A model generated the notes under the pieces. It saw only the letters and a program-made list of their open reading frames with translations. It did no database searches and was not told the DNA's origin. Positions 39,875-49,295 of a DNA stretch of 64,000 nt are shown piece by piece. This DNA comes from Collinsella sp. (GTDB taxonomy: Bacteria; Actinomycetota; Coriobacteriia; Coriobacteriales; Coriobacteriaceae). The stretch lies in NCBI GenBank assembly GCA_036551635.1, contig JAXKEA010000010.1, positions 8,891 to 72,890 of the forward strand, in the 5' to 3' direction. The number at the start of each line of letters is the position of its first letter. Positions within the stretch are counted from its first letter, which is position 1. Position numbers and translations under genes: made by a program.

Positions 39875-41137
39875 CTAAGCGCTGTAGCCCATCGCCTGCA
39901 GGACAAACATGACAACCGTGAGCACCGTAATCACGCCGATAGTCGCCCAAGTGAGCACGTTCCACACGCGGCCATTGCGGTTGGCACCCATGATGTGACG
40001 GTCGGCGGCGATAACCACCTGGAACACCAGAACCACGGGCAGTAGCACGCCATTGATGACCTGCGAGGTCATCATAATCTGGAACAGATCGACGCCGGGC
40101 ATGAGCACCAACACGGCAGAAATGCCGATGATGGCCGTAATGATGCCGCGGTAAACCGGGGCCTCGTCCCAGCTGCGGTCGGCACCGCGCTCCCAGCCAA
40201 ATGCCTCGCAGATAGCGCTCGACGTAACGCCCGGCAGCACGCAAGCAGCCAAGAAGCTCGCCGCGACCAGGCCCGAGGCAAACAGTACCGTGGACCACTG
40301 ACCCGCAATAGGCTCCAGCGCACGGGCAGCATCGGCAGCATCGCTAATCTGAATGCCCGCCGGGAACAACACCGTACCGGTCGTGATGATAATAAAGCCG
40401 GCAATGACATCGGCGGCAAGCGAGCCGCTCACGGTGTCGATGCGCTGCAGCACGATATCGTCCTCGCCCGCGTTCTTATCGACCACGTTGTTCTGCGCCA
40501 AGAAAATCATCCACGGCGCGATGGTGGTACCGATCGTTGCAACCACGAGCGACACGTAGCTGGGGTCATTTTGAATGTTGGGCACGACCAGGTCGACCGC
40601 GACCTCACCCCAGTTGGGGCCAGCCATAAACGCGGCGACAATATAGGTCACGAACACGCAGCTCACCAGCAGCAGAATCTTCTCGATGCGCTGGAAACTA
40701 CCCGACATGGTAAGCATCCACACCAGCAGCGCTACCAACGGCACCGAGATGCTCGCCGGCACGCCAAAGAGAGCAAGGCCGCTGGCGATGCCCGCGAACT
40801 CCGAAATGGTCACAGCCGTGTTGGCGATCAACAGCGCCGCCATAGCAAGTACACTCTTGCGCACGCCAAAGCGCTCGCGAATGAGCGATGCCAGGCCCTT
40901 GCCCGTGACGCAGCCGCAGCGCGCCGCGGTCTCCTGCGTCACGATGAGCAGCACAGTCATGACGGGAAGCATCCAGAGCATCTTGTAGCCATAGCTGGCG
41001 CCCGCGCTGGAATACGTTGCAATGCCGCCGGCGTCATTGCCCGAAAGCGCCGCCAACAGACCGGGACCCATAGCGCCAAAGATGGCCGCGATGGTCAACT
41101 TTTGCTTGGTGCCCGACTTTTGCTTGGTATTTTGCAC
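39875..41137 (-). CDS. NRAMP-family divalent metal transporter, NRMT (Mg2+)-like subgroup
   Basis: GPGLLAALSGNDAGGIATYS in place of DPGN and GTTIAPW in place of MPH; lies directly after mgtE; GTG start after AGGTGGT. Confidence 0.85.
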   Translation of the reverse strand: MQNTKQKSGTKQKLTIAAIFGAMGPGLLAALSGNDAGGIATYSSAGASYGYKMLWMLPVMTVLLIVTQETAARCGCVTGKGLASLIRERFGVRKSVLAMAALLIANTAVTISEFAGIASGLALFGVPASISVPLVALLVWMLTMSGSFQRIEKILLLVSCVFVTYIVAAFMAGPNWGEVAVDLVVPNIQNDPSYVSLVVATIGTTIAPWMIFLAQNNVVDKNAGEDDIVLQRIDTVSGSLAADVIAGFIIITTGTVLFPAGIQISDAADAARALEPIAGQWSTVLFASGLVAASFLAACVLPGVTSSAICEAFGWERGADRSWDEAPVYRGIITAIIGISAVLVLMPGVDLFQIMMTSQVINGVLLPVVLVFQVVIAADRHIMGANRNGRVWNVLTWATIGVITVLTVVMFVLQAMGYSA

Positions 41138-41145
41138 GCGACCAC

Positions 41146-42990
41146 CTAGCCCATGACCGACATGGCGAGCAGCACCGCAGCGGCGCAGTACGCCACGCAC
41201 GAGATCATGACGGCAACAACGTTCATGGCGGTGCCCGACGTGTTGAGGTCATGCTCGTCACGCCAGAACAGCACCATCAGGTAAATCACGGCGCTCATGT
41301 TGCCAACTAGGCAAATGATGGCAGCGATATTAAAGCACCCGGTAAAGAGTTGCTCCTCAAACATGGGCGCATCGGGGAACGCAGCGGTGCGCACCAGCTG
41401 GGCGCACAGATAGGTCACGAGTGACAGAATCAGGCCCATGCCCGTGCTCTGGAAGAAGAACCCCAGATACGGCTTGGGCTCGTCGTCGTGACCGTCATAC
41501 TCCAGGAAGTAGTTCTTGACGAACGACACCATACGCGAGGCAGCCAGCAACACGAGCGGCATGGCGCACATGGGGAACACCACCAAATGCGCGGAGCCCA
41601 GCGCCGTCCCCAGCACCGTTGCCATGATGCACGAGGCGATGCCCCACACGACGACCCAGTACTGACGATGCACGAACCAGCTGAGCACGTTCGTCGAGTC
41701 GTCCGACGCGCTATCGCCCGAGCCGACACCGGCGATCTGCAGGTCCTCCTGATGCTCCTCGGCAATAACGTCCATGGCGTCGTCGAAGGTCACAATGCCC
41801 AGGATATGACGGTTCTCGTCGCAGACAGGGATGGCAACCAGGTCGTACTTGGTCATCTCGTCCGTCACGTCTTCCTGGTCCTCGTCGGGTGACACGTAGA
41901 CCAGATCGCGATAGGCGAGCTGGCCCAGCGTGGCGTCGCGGTCGGCCACGATCAGCGTGCGCAGCGAAAGCACGCCCGTCAGCATGCCGCTCGGGTCCTC
42001 GGTATAGACGTAATAGACGCTCTCAAAGTCCTCGTCGAGCTTGCGAATCGCCTCGATGGCGTCGCCGACCGTCGCCGTGGCGGGCAGCGAGACAAACTCC
42101 GAGGTCATGATGCGGCCGGCGGTGTTGTCCTCGTAGCCCAGCAGATTACGAATCGCCTTCTCCTCCTTGACGCCCATCAGGCGCAGGAGCTTCTCGGCCT
42201 TCTCATAATCGAGTTCGTCGATCAGGTCGGCAGCGTCGTCCGGGTCCATCATGGCCAGCATCGACGATGCGTCGGTATCGGACAGGCCCTCGAGCATCTC
42301 GGTCATAAGCTCGTCGTCATCGAACTCCGAGATGGCCTCGGCGGCCTGTGCCGTATCGAGCTGCGCGAACACCTGCGCGCGCAGGCGCGGGTCGAGCTGC
42401 TCGATAATGTCGGCAATGTCGGCAGGATGCAGCTCGCCGAGCGTCTTGTGCGACACCGAGAGCTGGATGTTCTTAGTCGAGCGATCGAGCAGGTCCATGT
42501 AAGACCAGGCGATAATGTCCTCGCTGAGCGGTTTGCCCAGATGCTTCATAAAGCCCTCGACGACATGCTCGAGTGTGGGGCTGATCGCGCGCAGCAGACC
42601 GCGGGCGCCGACCTCGGCACCCAGCAGGCGCAGCTGATTTTCGCCCGACATGGAAAACTTGATGTCGTTTACGCGCACGACCTTCATGCCCTGCGTGTCG
42701 ACAATCTGCTTGTTAAGCACGTCGCGGGCAAGCAAGAGTTCGGTCGGCTGCAAGTACGAAAAACGGATTTCGGTGGCCGACGTCTTAAGGTGTACGCCCG
42801 TCTCGTCGATACGGTCGACCCATTTGCGCCAGCTGATCATAAACGGCGTCTTGCCGGGACCGCGGAACGCGAGCGACGTCACGTGCGGAAAAACTTCGCC
42901 GGTTGCAATGCCAAAATCGTTAACCACGCCGAGCTTTTCGCCGTCGACGTCCAAGACCGGCAATTTGAGCATCTCACTCAGATAATTCAA
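41146..42990 (-). CDS. mgtE: MgtE-like protein: PRC barrels, MgtE-N, CBS pair, divergent TM region
   Basis: RDVLNKQIVD..VVRVND, LHPADIADI, TAGRIMTSE, YVYT, KYDLVAIPV..LGIVTFDD; about 5 C-terminal TMs; TTG start. Confidence 0.82.
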   Translation of the reverse strand: MNYLSEMLKLPVLDVDGEKLGVVNDFGIATGEVFPHVTSLAFRGPGKTPFMISWRKWVDRIDETGVHLKTSATEIRFSYLQPTELLLARDVLNKQIVDTQGMKVVRVNDIKFSMSGENQLRLLGAEVGARGLLRAISPTLEHVVEGFMKHLGKPLSEDIIAWSYMDLLDRSTKNIQLSVSHKTLGELHPADIADIIEQLDPRLRAQVFAQLDTAQAAEAISEFDDDELMTEMLEGLSDTDASSMLAMMDPDDAADLIDELDYEKAEKLLRLMGVKEEKAIRNLLGYEDNTAGRIMTSEFVSLPATATVGDAIEAIRKLDEDFESVYYVYTEDPSGMLTGVLSLRTLIVADRDATLGQLAYRDLVYVSPDEDQEDVTDEMTKYDLVAIPVCDENRHILGIVTFDDAMDVIAEEHQEDLQIAGVGSGDSASDDSTNVLSWFVHRQYWVVVWGIASCIMATVLGTALGSAHLVVFPMCAMPLVLLAASRMVSFVKNYFLEYDGHDDEPKPYLGFFFQSTGMGLILSLVTYLCAQLVRTAAFPDAPMFEEQLFTGCFNIAAIICLVGNMSAVIYLMVLFWRDEHDLNTSGTAMNVVAVMISCVAYCAAAVLLAMSVMG

Positions 42991-43134
42991 TGGTGCTCCC
43001 CATCATTATTCCTGCGGACCGCGCGACCATGCCGGCACGCAATCCGTGGACTTTTAGATATGTATACGCATGCGCGGGCGGCACGCCGCTCGGCACTTAC
43101 ACCCCGTGCATGCGCAGAAAGCACCTGCATGGGG

Positions 43135-43167
43135 TCATCGACTGTATGGTCGAGGTTTGGATTTCAC
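43135..43167 (-). CDS. Candidate leader peptide (MKSKPRPYSR) upstream of mgtE
   Basis: GAGAAAGG SD, 6 nt, then GTG AAA TCC AAA CCT CGA CCA TAC AGT CGA TGA; hairpin immediately downstream. Confidence 0.5.
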   Translation of the reverse strand: MKSKPRPYSR

Positions 43168-43203
43168 CTGTAACCTTTCTCTTGACCCTCATTAACCGCA
43201 GTA

Positions 43204-43212
43204 ACTATAGCA
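43204..43212 (-). promoter_or_regulatory. Extended -10 element (TGCTATAGT) for the mgtE leader
   Basis: TGn-TATAGT on the minus strand, about 25 nt upstream of the leader SD. Confidence 0.55.
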
Positions 43213-43286
43213 TCAGCATCGCCCTGCGGCATCGAATTTATGCGCTGCACATTGCAGGCATACCAAACGCTGACGCATCCGTGACA

Positions 43287-43327
43287 TAGCCATTGGGGAC
43301 GCTCTTAAACGACTACCCAATGACTAC
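43287..43327. repeat. GTAG-tagged REP-like copy
   Basis: TAGCCATTGGGGACGCTCTTAAACGACTAC plus a partial CCAATGACTAC that overlaps the adjacent stop codon. Confidence 0.8.
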
Positions 43328-44730
43328 TCTGTGGTGTCGTCGTCCTCGGCAAGCTGGGGGAACACGGCGTCCTTGGGCATGGTGGCCTTCGTCAGCGAGG
43401 TGAGCTTTTTGCTCAACGACGTGTCCGTCTTGACCAGGCCGCTGAGCGTCACGATCTTGTAGCCGTCGGCAATGAGGCCGTCGATAATCTGCGGCAGCGC
43501 CTCGAGCGTCTGCTCGGCGCATTCGTCTCTATCGGTGAGCAGCACGATATTGCCCGGCGTCACCGAATCGAGCACCGTCGAGACCTGCTCGTCGGCACCG
43601 TTGAGCAGCCAGTCGCCCGAGTCAATATTCCACGAGACCACGGCGGAGACCAGGTCCATCGCATCAATCCAGTTTTGCTCGTCAAAGGCAGCGTAGGGAG
43701 CACGCAGCAGCATTGTCTTCACGCCGGTCGCCGACTTAATCGCATCGGTGCCTTTCGTGATCTGTTCGCGTACCGCCTCACGGTCCTGACCCTTGAGCGA
43801 ATCGTCGCTGTAGCTGTCGGATCCGATCTCGCACCCGGCGTCGACAATCGCCTTGGCCGTGGCAGGCGAGGCCTCGGCCGCATCGCCCGAAAGGAAGAAC
43901 GTCGCGGTGACGCCCTTTTCCTTGAGCACCTGCAAGATCTGTTTGGTGGCGCCGCTCGGACCCTCGTCAAACGTCAGTGCCACGTACTTTTTGTTGCCCT
44001 TGGGCGCCACGCTGGCGCACGCAACAACGCAATCGGTGGCGGGCACAACCTCGCCGCGGTCTTGCGTCTTGCCTGACTGCTCACCAACCCACACCTCGGA
44101 TCGGCCCTGGACACCCCATGTCTGCACATACTCGATAGCGCCCGTGCCCTCGACCTTGAGCTTGGGCTCGATAACCGTAGCCTGAACCTCGTGCTTCTCG
44201 TAAGTGTTACGGCCATCCTTGACCGTCACCTTCTCGCCGCCCTCGAGTTCGCGGCTATCCCATTTGCCCTGCTTCACGCGCTTGCCGTCGACCTTCACCG
44301 ACAGCTTTTCGCCCCCATGGCGCTTGAGCACGCTGTCATCGACGGCCAGCAGGTCGCCTGCGTCGTAGGTGTCAGTCAACTCCTGGTCGTCGATGAGATT
44401 CTGCAGCGTAGAGCCCACACGCACCGCGGTCTTCTGGCCGTTGAGCTCCACGTCCACACTGCGGTTGACGTAGCCCACGACGGCAGCGATAAACAGCACG
44501 AGCGCGCAACCCACGGCGATGAGCGCGTAGGGCAGGCGAGACGAACGACGGGGCGTACGGCTGTTGCCGATGCGCGCACTGCGGTCGCTAAAGCCGCGGC
44601 TATGGTTGAGATACATCGCGCCGGGCTTACGGTGACGCTTGCGCTGACCGCTGGGCAGCTGCCCCAGGTCGCGGCGCGCCGTCGGACGCGCACCCGAACG
44701 CCCGTTTAAGTTGGATCCGTTTTGGCGCAT
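43324..44730 (-). CDS. Membrane-anchored polysaccharide-deacetylase (NodB)-like protein with degenerate catalytic motifs
   Basis: Basic N-tail and one TM; VALTFDEGP, ATFF, IGSDSYSD, LRAPY, WNIDSGDW, IVLLTD. Confidence 0.82.
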   Translation of the reverse strand: MRQNGSNLNGRSGARPTARRDLGQLPSGQRKRHRKPGAMYLNHSRGFSDRSARIGNSRTPRRSSRLPYALIAVGCALVLFIAAVVGYVNRSVDVELNGQKTAVRVGSTLQNLIDDQELTDTYDAGDLLAVDDSVLKRHGGEKLSVKVDGKRVKQGKWDSRELEGGEKVTVKDGRNTYEKHEVQATVIEPKLKVEGTGAIEYVQTWGVQGRSEVWVGEQSGKTQDRGEVVPATDCVVACASVAPKGNKKYVALTFDEGPSGATKQILQVLKEKGVTATFFLSGDAAEASPATAKAIVDAGCEIGSDSYSDDSLKGQDREAVREQITKGTDAIKSATGVKTMLLRAPYAAFDEQNWIDAMDLVSAVVSWNIDSGDWLLNGADEQVSTVLDSVTPGNIVLLTDRDECAEQTLEALPQIIDGLIADGYKIVTLSGLVKTDTSLSKKLTSLTKATMPKDAVFPQLAEDDDTTE

Positions 44731-44802
44731 GTGCCCTCCCCCATAAACACAGCAAGCCGGAGCAACAGGTCTCCGGCTTGCCTCCCATCATTTGGTACGT
44801 CG

Positions 44803-45558
44803 CTATTTTGTAGCTTTTGACGAGCCTCCGCTCGCCTTTTGGTATTCGTCCTTAAAGGCCTTGAACATGCCGCGCGTCTTGCCGAGCTGCTTGCCCAGTG
44901 CGCGACTGCCCTTGTCCACGGCAACCGATCCCTTGTCGTCGAGCACCTTGGCGCCCTTTTTGACCTTGTCGCCCACCACGACGCTGGCCTCGGCGGCCTT
45001 GGCAGCCGCACCGCCCGAATACCCGAGCGACTTGACCTCGTCCGAAACGATCATTGCGCCGTCCGCATAACCGCGCAGCATCGTCGGCGGCACCTGCGTG
45101 TCACCGACCAAAACACTCGAAGCAGCACCGGCGGTCACATAGAATGCCTGCACGATGCCCGAGCGTGGCTTGAACTCCACATCCGAGCAATAGCCCACGA
45201 CGTCGCCCGATTCCGTGCGCACGTCCATACCGACCCAGATGATGCAATCGTCCAGGTTGATGTCGAGGCGCTTAGCGGCGGCGGCATCGTACGTGTCCTT
45301 GACGTCATCGACCGCAATGGCGCCCTCGTAGACACCAATGGCGTCGAGCGCTACGAATCGATCGGGGCGCTCGATCATGCCCGCGATATCGGACTGGCGG
45401 ACCATAAAGCCGACCACGCGCGTACCGCCCGGGGTAAAGACCGGAAAGTGAATCTTTCCGAGCTTTTTAGGGCTGCGCGGCGTGCCGTCCTTTTTGGTGC
45501 GCTTGTCCTCGGTAGGCTTGCGATAGATCTTGGCGCCGACAAAATCCCCGGCGCGCAT
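44803..45558 (-). CDS. PRC-barrel domain protein
   Basis: Two PRC-like repeats (LGKIH..VVGFMV; GMDVRTESGDVVG..SDV). Confidence 0.72.
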   Translation of the reverse strand: MRAGDFVGAKIYRKPTEDKRTKKDGTPRSPKKLGKIHFPVFTPGGTRVVGFMVRQSDIAGMIERPDRFVALDAIGVYEGAIAVDDVKDTYDAAAAKRLDINLDDCIIWVGMDVRTESGDVVGYCSDVEFKPRSGIVQAFYVTAGAASSVLVGDTQVPPTMLRGYADGAMIVSDEVKSLGYSGGAAAKAAEASVVVGDKVKKGAKVLDDKGSVAVDKGSRALGKQLGKTRGMFKAFKDEYQKASGGSSKATK

Positions 45559-45947
45559 TATGCCTCGGTCGAGGGCTCCGCAGCCTCGGTATCAGCCTCG
45601 ACGGCGTTCTCGACCACGACGTCGGCGGCAGGCGTCACGTTGCCGCCCGAAATGGCGTCGTTGAGCTGCTCGCGCAGCTGGTCCATGCGCTCGCGGGCCA
45701 GGTCGACCTTGGCGCGCAGGTCATCGGTCTTGGCGTCGACCATCGGGCCAAAGTCATTCACCGCAGCACGGGCCTCCTCAGCGCTGTGCTCGTAGGTGTC
45801 GCGCATATTGTCCCAGGCGTCGTTGGCGATATCGGCAGCCATGGCGCGGGTCTCGGCGCCCGAACGCGGGGCCAGAGCAACGCCGGCAATAGCGCCGGCA
45901 GCGGCACCAAAAAGTGCGCCGGAGACAAAGCTGAAAGTCTTACCCAT
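45558..45947 (-). CDS. YtxH-like protein
   Basis: FVSGALFGAAAGAIAGVALAPRSGAETR followed by a coiled coil; AGGAG SD. Confidence 0.82.
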   Translation of the reverse strand: MGKTFSFVSGALFGAAAGAIAGVALAPRSGAETRAMAADIANDAWDNMRDTYEHSAEEARAAVNDFGPMVDAKTDDLRAKVDLARERMDQLREQLNDAISGGNVTPAADVVVENAVEADTEAAEPSTEA

Positions 45948-46083
45948 GATCATTCCTCTCCTGCGGGCACGTCGGTGCCCACCGTTTGAATGCTGTCCAT
46001 TATACCCGCAGCGCATCACTTGCCGCTCCGCTCATCTGTGTACGGCAAAGGCGCAGGTACGTGATGGTGATAAACGCGTAGGC

Positions 46084-46917
46084 CTACTCCTGGGGCATAG
46101 CCGGCATGGCCACCGTGGCACCCGGGTCCTCGCCGGCGCCGTCCACGAGCGGCAGGCCGCCCTCATGCGCAGGTCCTGCCGGAACCGTCGCCGCACCGCC
46201 AAAGACGGCAGCGGAGGCCTCGTGGTTCTCGGCAACCGCACCCTCGGTATCAATCGCCACCTGGGGCTCGTCGTCAAAGTTGGGGACGCCCTGGGGCTCG
46301 GTGGGAACGGGCTCGGCGGTCGCATCGGAAACGGGCTCGGCGTCGACCGGCGCATCGCCCTCGTCAGCGCCCTCGTCCTCGGCAGCATCTTCGCCGTTCG
46401 CAGCGGCGACGGCCTCGTGCGGGTCCTTGCCCTCGGCCTCGGCACGCATGCCCAGCACCAGGTTACGCAGGCCTGCGACCGTGCCCTCCACGTCGGGGGC
46501 CGGTTGGTCGGCGTGCAGGTACGCCCAGTCCATCATAAAGGTCGCCGACGACAGCGCGCCAATGGCCAACGCGTCATCGGGACACGAAAGCTCGACCTCA
46601 AAGACACGCTCGTCATGCTCGCTCACGCGCGTGCGGCCGCACGAGATGCTGCCGGCAAGACCGGTCTCGTTCATGAGCTCGACCGTCACGTGCTCCAGCA
46701 GGTGGCAAAGCTCGGTCTGGCCCATGCAGTCCTGGAACTCGCGACCGGAATCGCCCAGGCACAGGTGCTTGGCAATCGCCGGCACCAGGTAATACACGCG
46801 CGCCGTGGCCTCGATATCCTCCGAGGTCATGAGCGGCATGCCGGGGTTCACCAGCACGTGCGCGCAAATCTTGTCCTCGCTGACGGTGACCTTAAGGATG
46901 TTGAACAGGCCTGCCAT
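46084..46917 (-). CDS. Stand-alone cyanophycin-synthetase N-domain-like protein with an acidic disordered tail
   Basis: P.IAKHLC....F......TELCHLLEHVTVEL..GRT resembles the CphA N domain. Confidence 0.65.
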   Translation of the reverse strand: MAGLFNILKVTVSEDKICAHVLVNPGMPLMTSEDIEATARVYYLVPAIAKHLCLGDSGREFQDCMGQTELCHLLEHVTVELMNETGLAGSISCGRTRVSEHDERVFEVELSCPDDALAIGALSSATFMMDWAYLHADQPAPDVEGTVAGLRNLVLGMRAEAEGKDPHEAVAAANGEDAAEDEGADEGDAPVDAEPVSDATAEPVPTEPQGVPNFDDEPQVAIDTEGAVAENHEASAAVFGGAATVPAGPAHEGGLPLVDGAGEDPGATVAMPAMPQE

Positions 46918-46941
46918 AACTCTCCCCTACTCTTCCTTGCC

Positions 46942-48315
46942 CTACTCGTCGCCATCGTGCGGATCCACAGAGCCCGCACCCGACGCCGCCGGCTTGTCTG
47001 CCGAAAGCTCGGAATCCTTCTTATCGGTTTCGGCCGGAGCGATCACGCGAATGAGCGAGATGCGCTGGCCACGCATCGACTGTACCTTGAACTTGTACCC
47101 TGCAACCTCAAACACCTCTCCGATGTCGGGTACCGAGTCGCAAAGCTCCAAAATCCAGCCGGCGATGGTCTCATAATCATCGCTTTCCTCGAGCGGCCAA
47201 TCAAGCTCAATCGCGTCATCGCACGAAAAACGCCCATCGACGAGCCACTCACGGCGCGAAAGGCGCGTGAGGTACTTGTTGTCGGGGTCGAACTCGTCCT
47301 CGATCTCGCCGACGATCTCCTCGACGATATCTTCGATGGTGATGATGCCGGCTGTGCCACCGTACTCGTCCACGACGACCACGATCTGGTCGTGCGAAGT
47401 CTGCATCTCGGACAGCAGCGGCAGGATGTCCTTGGTATCGGGCACAAAGGTGGCATCGCGCAAATAGCTGGCGATGGGCTGGTCGCCCTTACCGTCGAGC
47501 GCGGGCTGGATCAGGTCCTTGATGTGTGCGATACCCGCGACGTTGTCGGGGTCCTCGTGATAGACGGGGATGCGGCTGAAGCCGGTCTGGCGCATAGTGG
47601 ACAGCACATCGGCGACCGTCTCGTCGTCCTCGCACATGGTGGTGTCCACGCGCGGCACCATGACCTCGCGGGCAACGGTGTCGCCCAGGTCGAAGATCTC
47701 GTGGATCATGCGCTTTTCCTCGTCGAGCAGGTCGTCCTGCTCCGAGACCATGTACTTGATCTCTTCCTCCGAGACGTTCTGGCGGTCGTCGGCGCTCTTG
47801 ATGCGCAGGATGCGGGCCAGACCATCGGAGCAGGCGCCGGTCAGCCACACGAGCGGGCGGGCGATCTTTTGGAACACGGAGAGCGGTCCCACAACCTGCT
47901 TGGATACGCCCTCGGCGTTAGCGAGGCCGATGCGCTTGGGCACGAGCTCGCCGATCACGATGGACACAAAGGCGACGGCGACGGTGATGATGACCGGCGC
48001 TAGGCCGCGCGCGATGGCGGAAAGCGGCGCGATGCCAAAGCTCATGAGCCACGTGGCAAGCGGGTCGGACAGGCTCGTCGAGGCGACGGCGGACGAGGCG
48101 AAGCCCACGAGCGTAATGGCAACCTGGATGGTGGCCAACAGCTGGTCGGAGTCGGCGGCGAGCTGGACGGCGCGCTCGGCGCGCTTATCGCCCTCCTCGG
48201 CATCGTGCTCCAACACGGCGCGCTTAGCCGTGGTGAGAGCCATCTCGGACATGGAGAAGTAGCCGTTGATGAGGGTCAAAACGAGGGTGGAAATAAGGGA
48301 GATGGTTATGTCCAT
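46942..48315 (-). CDS. CNNM/HlyC-CorC family (DUF21-CBS-CorC) Mg2+-related transporter
   Basis: FSMSEMA, GELVPK, REVMVPR, GFSRIPV, VVDEYGGTAG..EDIVEEIVGEIEDE, YETIAG. Confidence 0.93.
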   Translation of the reverse strand: MDITISLISTLVLTLINGYFSMSEMALTTAKRAVLEHDAEEGDKRAERAVQLAADSDQLLATIQVAITLVGFASSAVASTSLSDPLATWLMSFGIAPLSAIARGLAPVIITVAVAFVSIVIGELVPKRIGLANAEGVSKQVVGPLSVFQKIARPLVWLTGACSDGLARILRIKSADDRQNVSEEEIKYMVSEQDDLLDEEKRMIHEIFDLGDTVAREVMVPRVDTTMCEDDETVADVLSTMRQTGFSRIPVYHEDPDNVAGIAHIKDLIQPALDGKGDQPIASYLRDATFVPDTKDILPLLSEMQTSHDQIVVVVDEYGGTAGIITIEDIVEEIVGEIEDEFDPDNKYLTRLSRREWLVDGRFSCDDAIELDWPLEESDDYETIAGWILELCDSVPDIGEVFEVAGYKFKVQSMRGQRISLIRVIAPAETDKKDSELSADKPAASGAGSVDPHDGDE

Positions 48316-48425
48316 CGGGAGTTTCTCGAACCTCCAAGATTCGGGACGTTAGGGTAAAACGTTGGTGGCGGATACGGCAATTGCGCCGGCACCCAAACGA
48401 GGACGCGGGCGCGCAGGCATGGTCG

Positions 48426-49109
48426 CTAGATTACGAAGAGGATCACCGCCATGAACTGGAAGATGCTGCCGGCGAGCACCCACAGGTGAAACACGCTGTG
48501 CAGATAGCGTACGTTTTTGGCGATATAGAACGGCACGCCCGCGGTGTAGCACACGCCGCCGACGGCGAGCAGGGCAAGTGCCACGGGGTTGAGCAGCACC
48601 ACAAGTTCGGGCAGCTTAAAGACAACGAGCCAGCCCATCAGCAGGTAGACCAAGCCACTTACCCAGTGCGGTTGACGCTCGCGCATAAAGCACTCGAGAG
48701 CGATGCCGATAATGGCGATGGCCCATACGGCAAAGAACAGCGCAGGGCCGCCGTCGTTTGCGAGCGTGATAAGGCAAAACGGCGTATAGCTGCCCGCAAT
48801 GAGCAGGTAGATGCAGCTGTGGTCGATGATGCGAAACACGTGCTTGGCGCGCGCGGGCTGAATCGCGTGGTAGAGCGTGGAGGCTAGGTATTCGAGGATA
48901 ATGCTGACGCCGTAGACAATTGCCGCGGCCATGTGGGCCGGGCCTCCGCCGCGCAGGGCGGCGAATACGATCAGGAGCACCAGGCCCGCGATACCCAGCA
49001 GGCAGCCGACACCATGGGTGACGGAGTTCACGATCTCCTCACCCACCGTGTAGTGTGGAACGGCCGCGGTCTTGGGTCGCGGCTTAGAACTGTCGCTCGA
49101 ATCGGACAT
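48426..49109 (-). CDS. Hemolysin III / PAQR-family (TrhA-like) membrane protein
   Basis: EEIVNSVTHG, STLYH, DHSCIYLLIAGSYTP, HSVFHLWV. Confidence 0.92.
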   Translation of the reverse strand: MSDSSDSSKPRPKTAAVPHYTVGEEIVNSVTHGVGCLLGIAGLVLLIVFAALRGGGPAHMAAAIVYGVSIILEYLASTLYHAIQPARAKHVFRIIDHSCIYLLIAGSYTPFCLITLANDGGPALFFAVWAIAIIGIALECFMRERQPHWVSGLVYLLMGWLVVFKLPELVVLLNPVALALLAVGGVCYTAGVPFYIAKNVRYLHSVFHLWVLAGSIFQFMAVILFVI

Positions 49110-49259
49110 GCCGGTTACATCCTCCAACGTAAAGAGTTCTCAACACTATATCAAAGCGTCTGGGTACGTGCGAAATTTGCACTATACGTGACCCTTTGTT
49201 TACCCATTCTTTGCCTGTTGACGCATCAACGGCGAACGTCCATAATGCGCTTGCATTAA

Positions 49260-49277
49260 ATGTTGATGTATTAACAT
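49260..49277. promoter_or_regulatory. Palindromic operator-like site upstream of the hydrolase
   Basis: ATGTTGAT-GT-ATTAACAT (one mismatch), just before the AGGAG SD. Confidence 0.45.
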
Positions 49278-49295
49278 CTTATAGGAGAATACCGC

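Noticed and set aside
42991..43290. M-box (ykoK) riboswitch
   Set aside because: I could not find the conserved M-box core by eye; an Rfam search is needed to exclude it fully.
46942..49109. Hemolysin toxin locus
   Set aside because: These are CNNM/CorC and PAQR/TrhA housekeeping membrane families whose 'hemolysin' names are historical.
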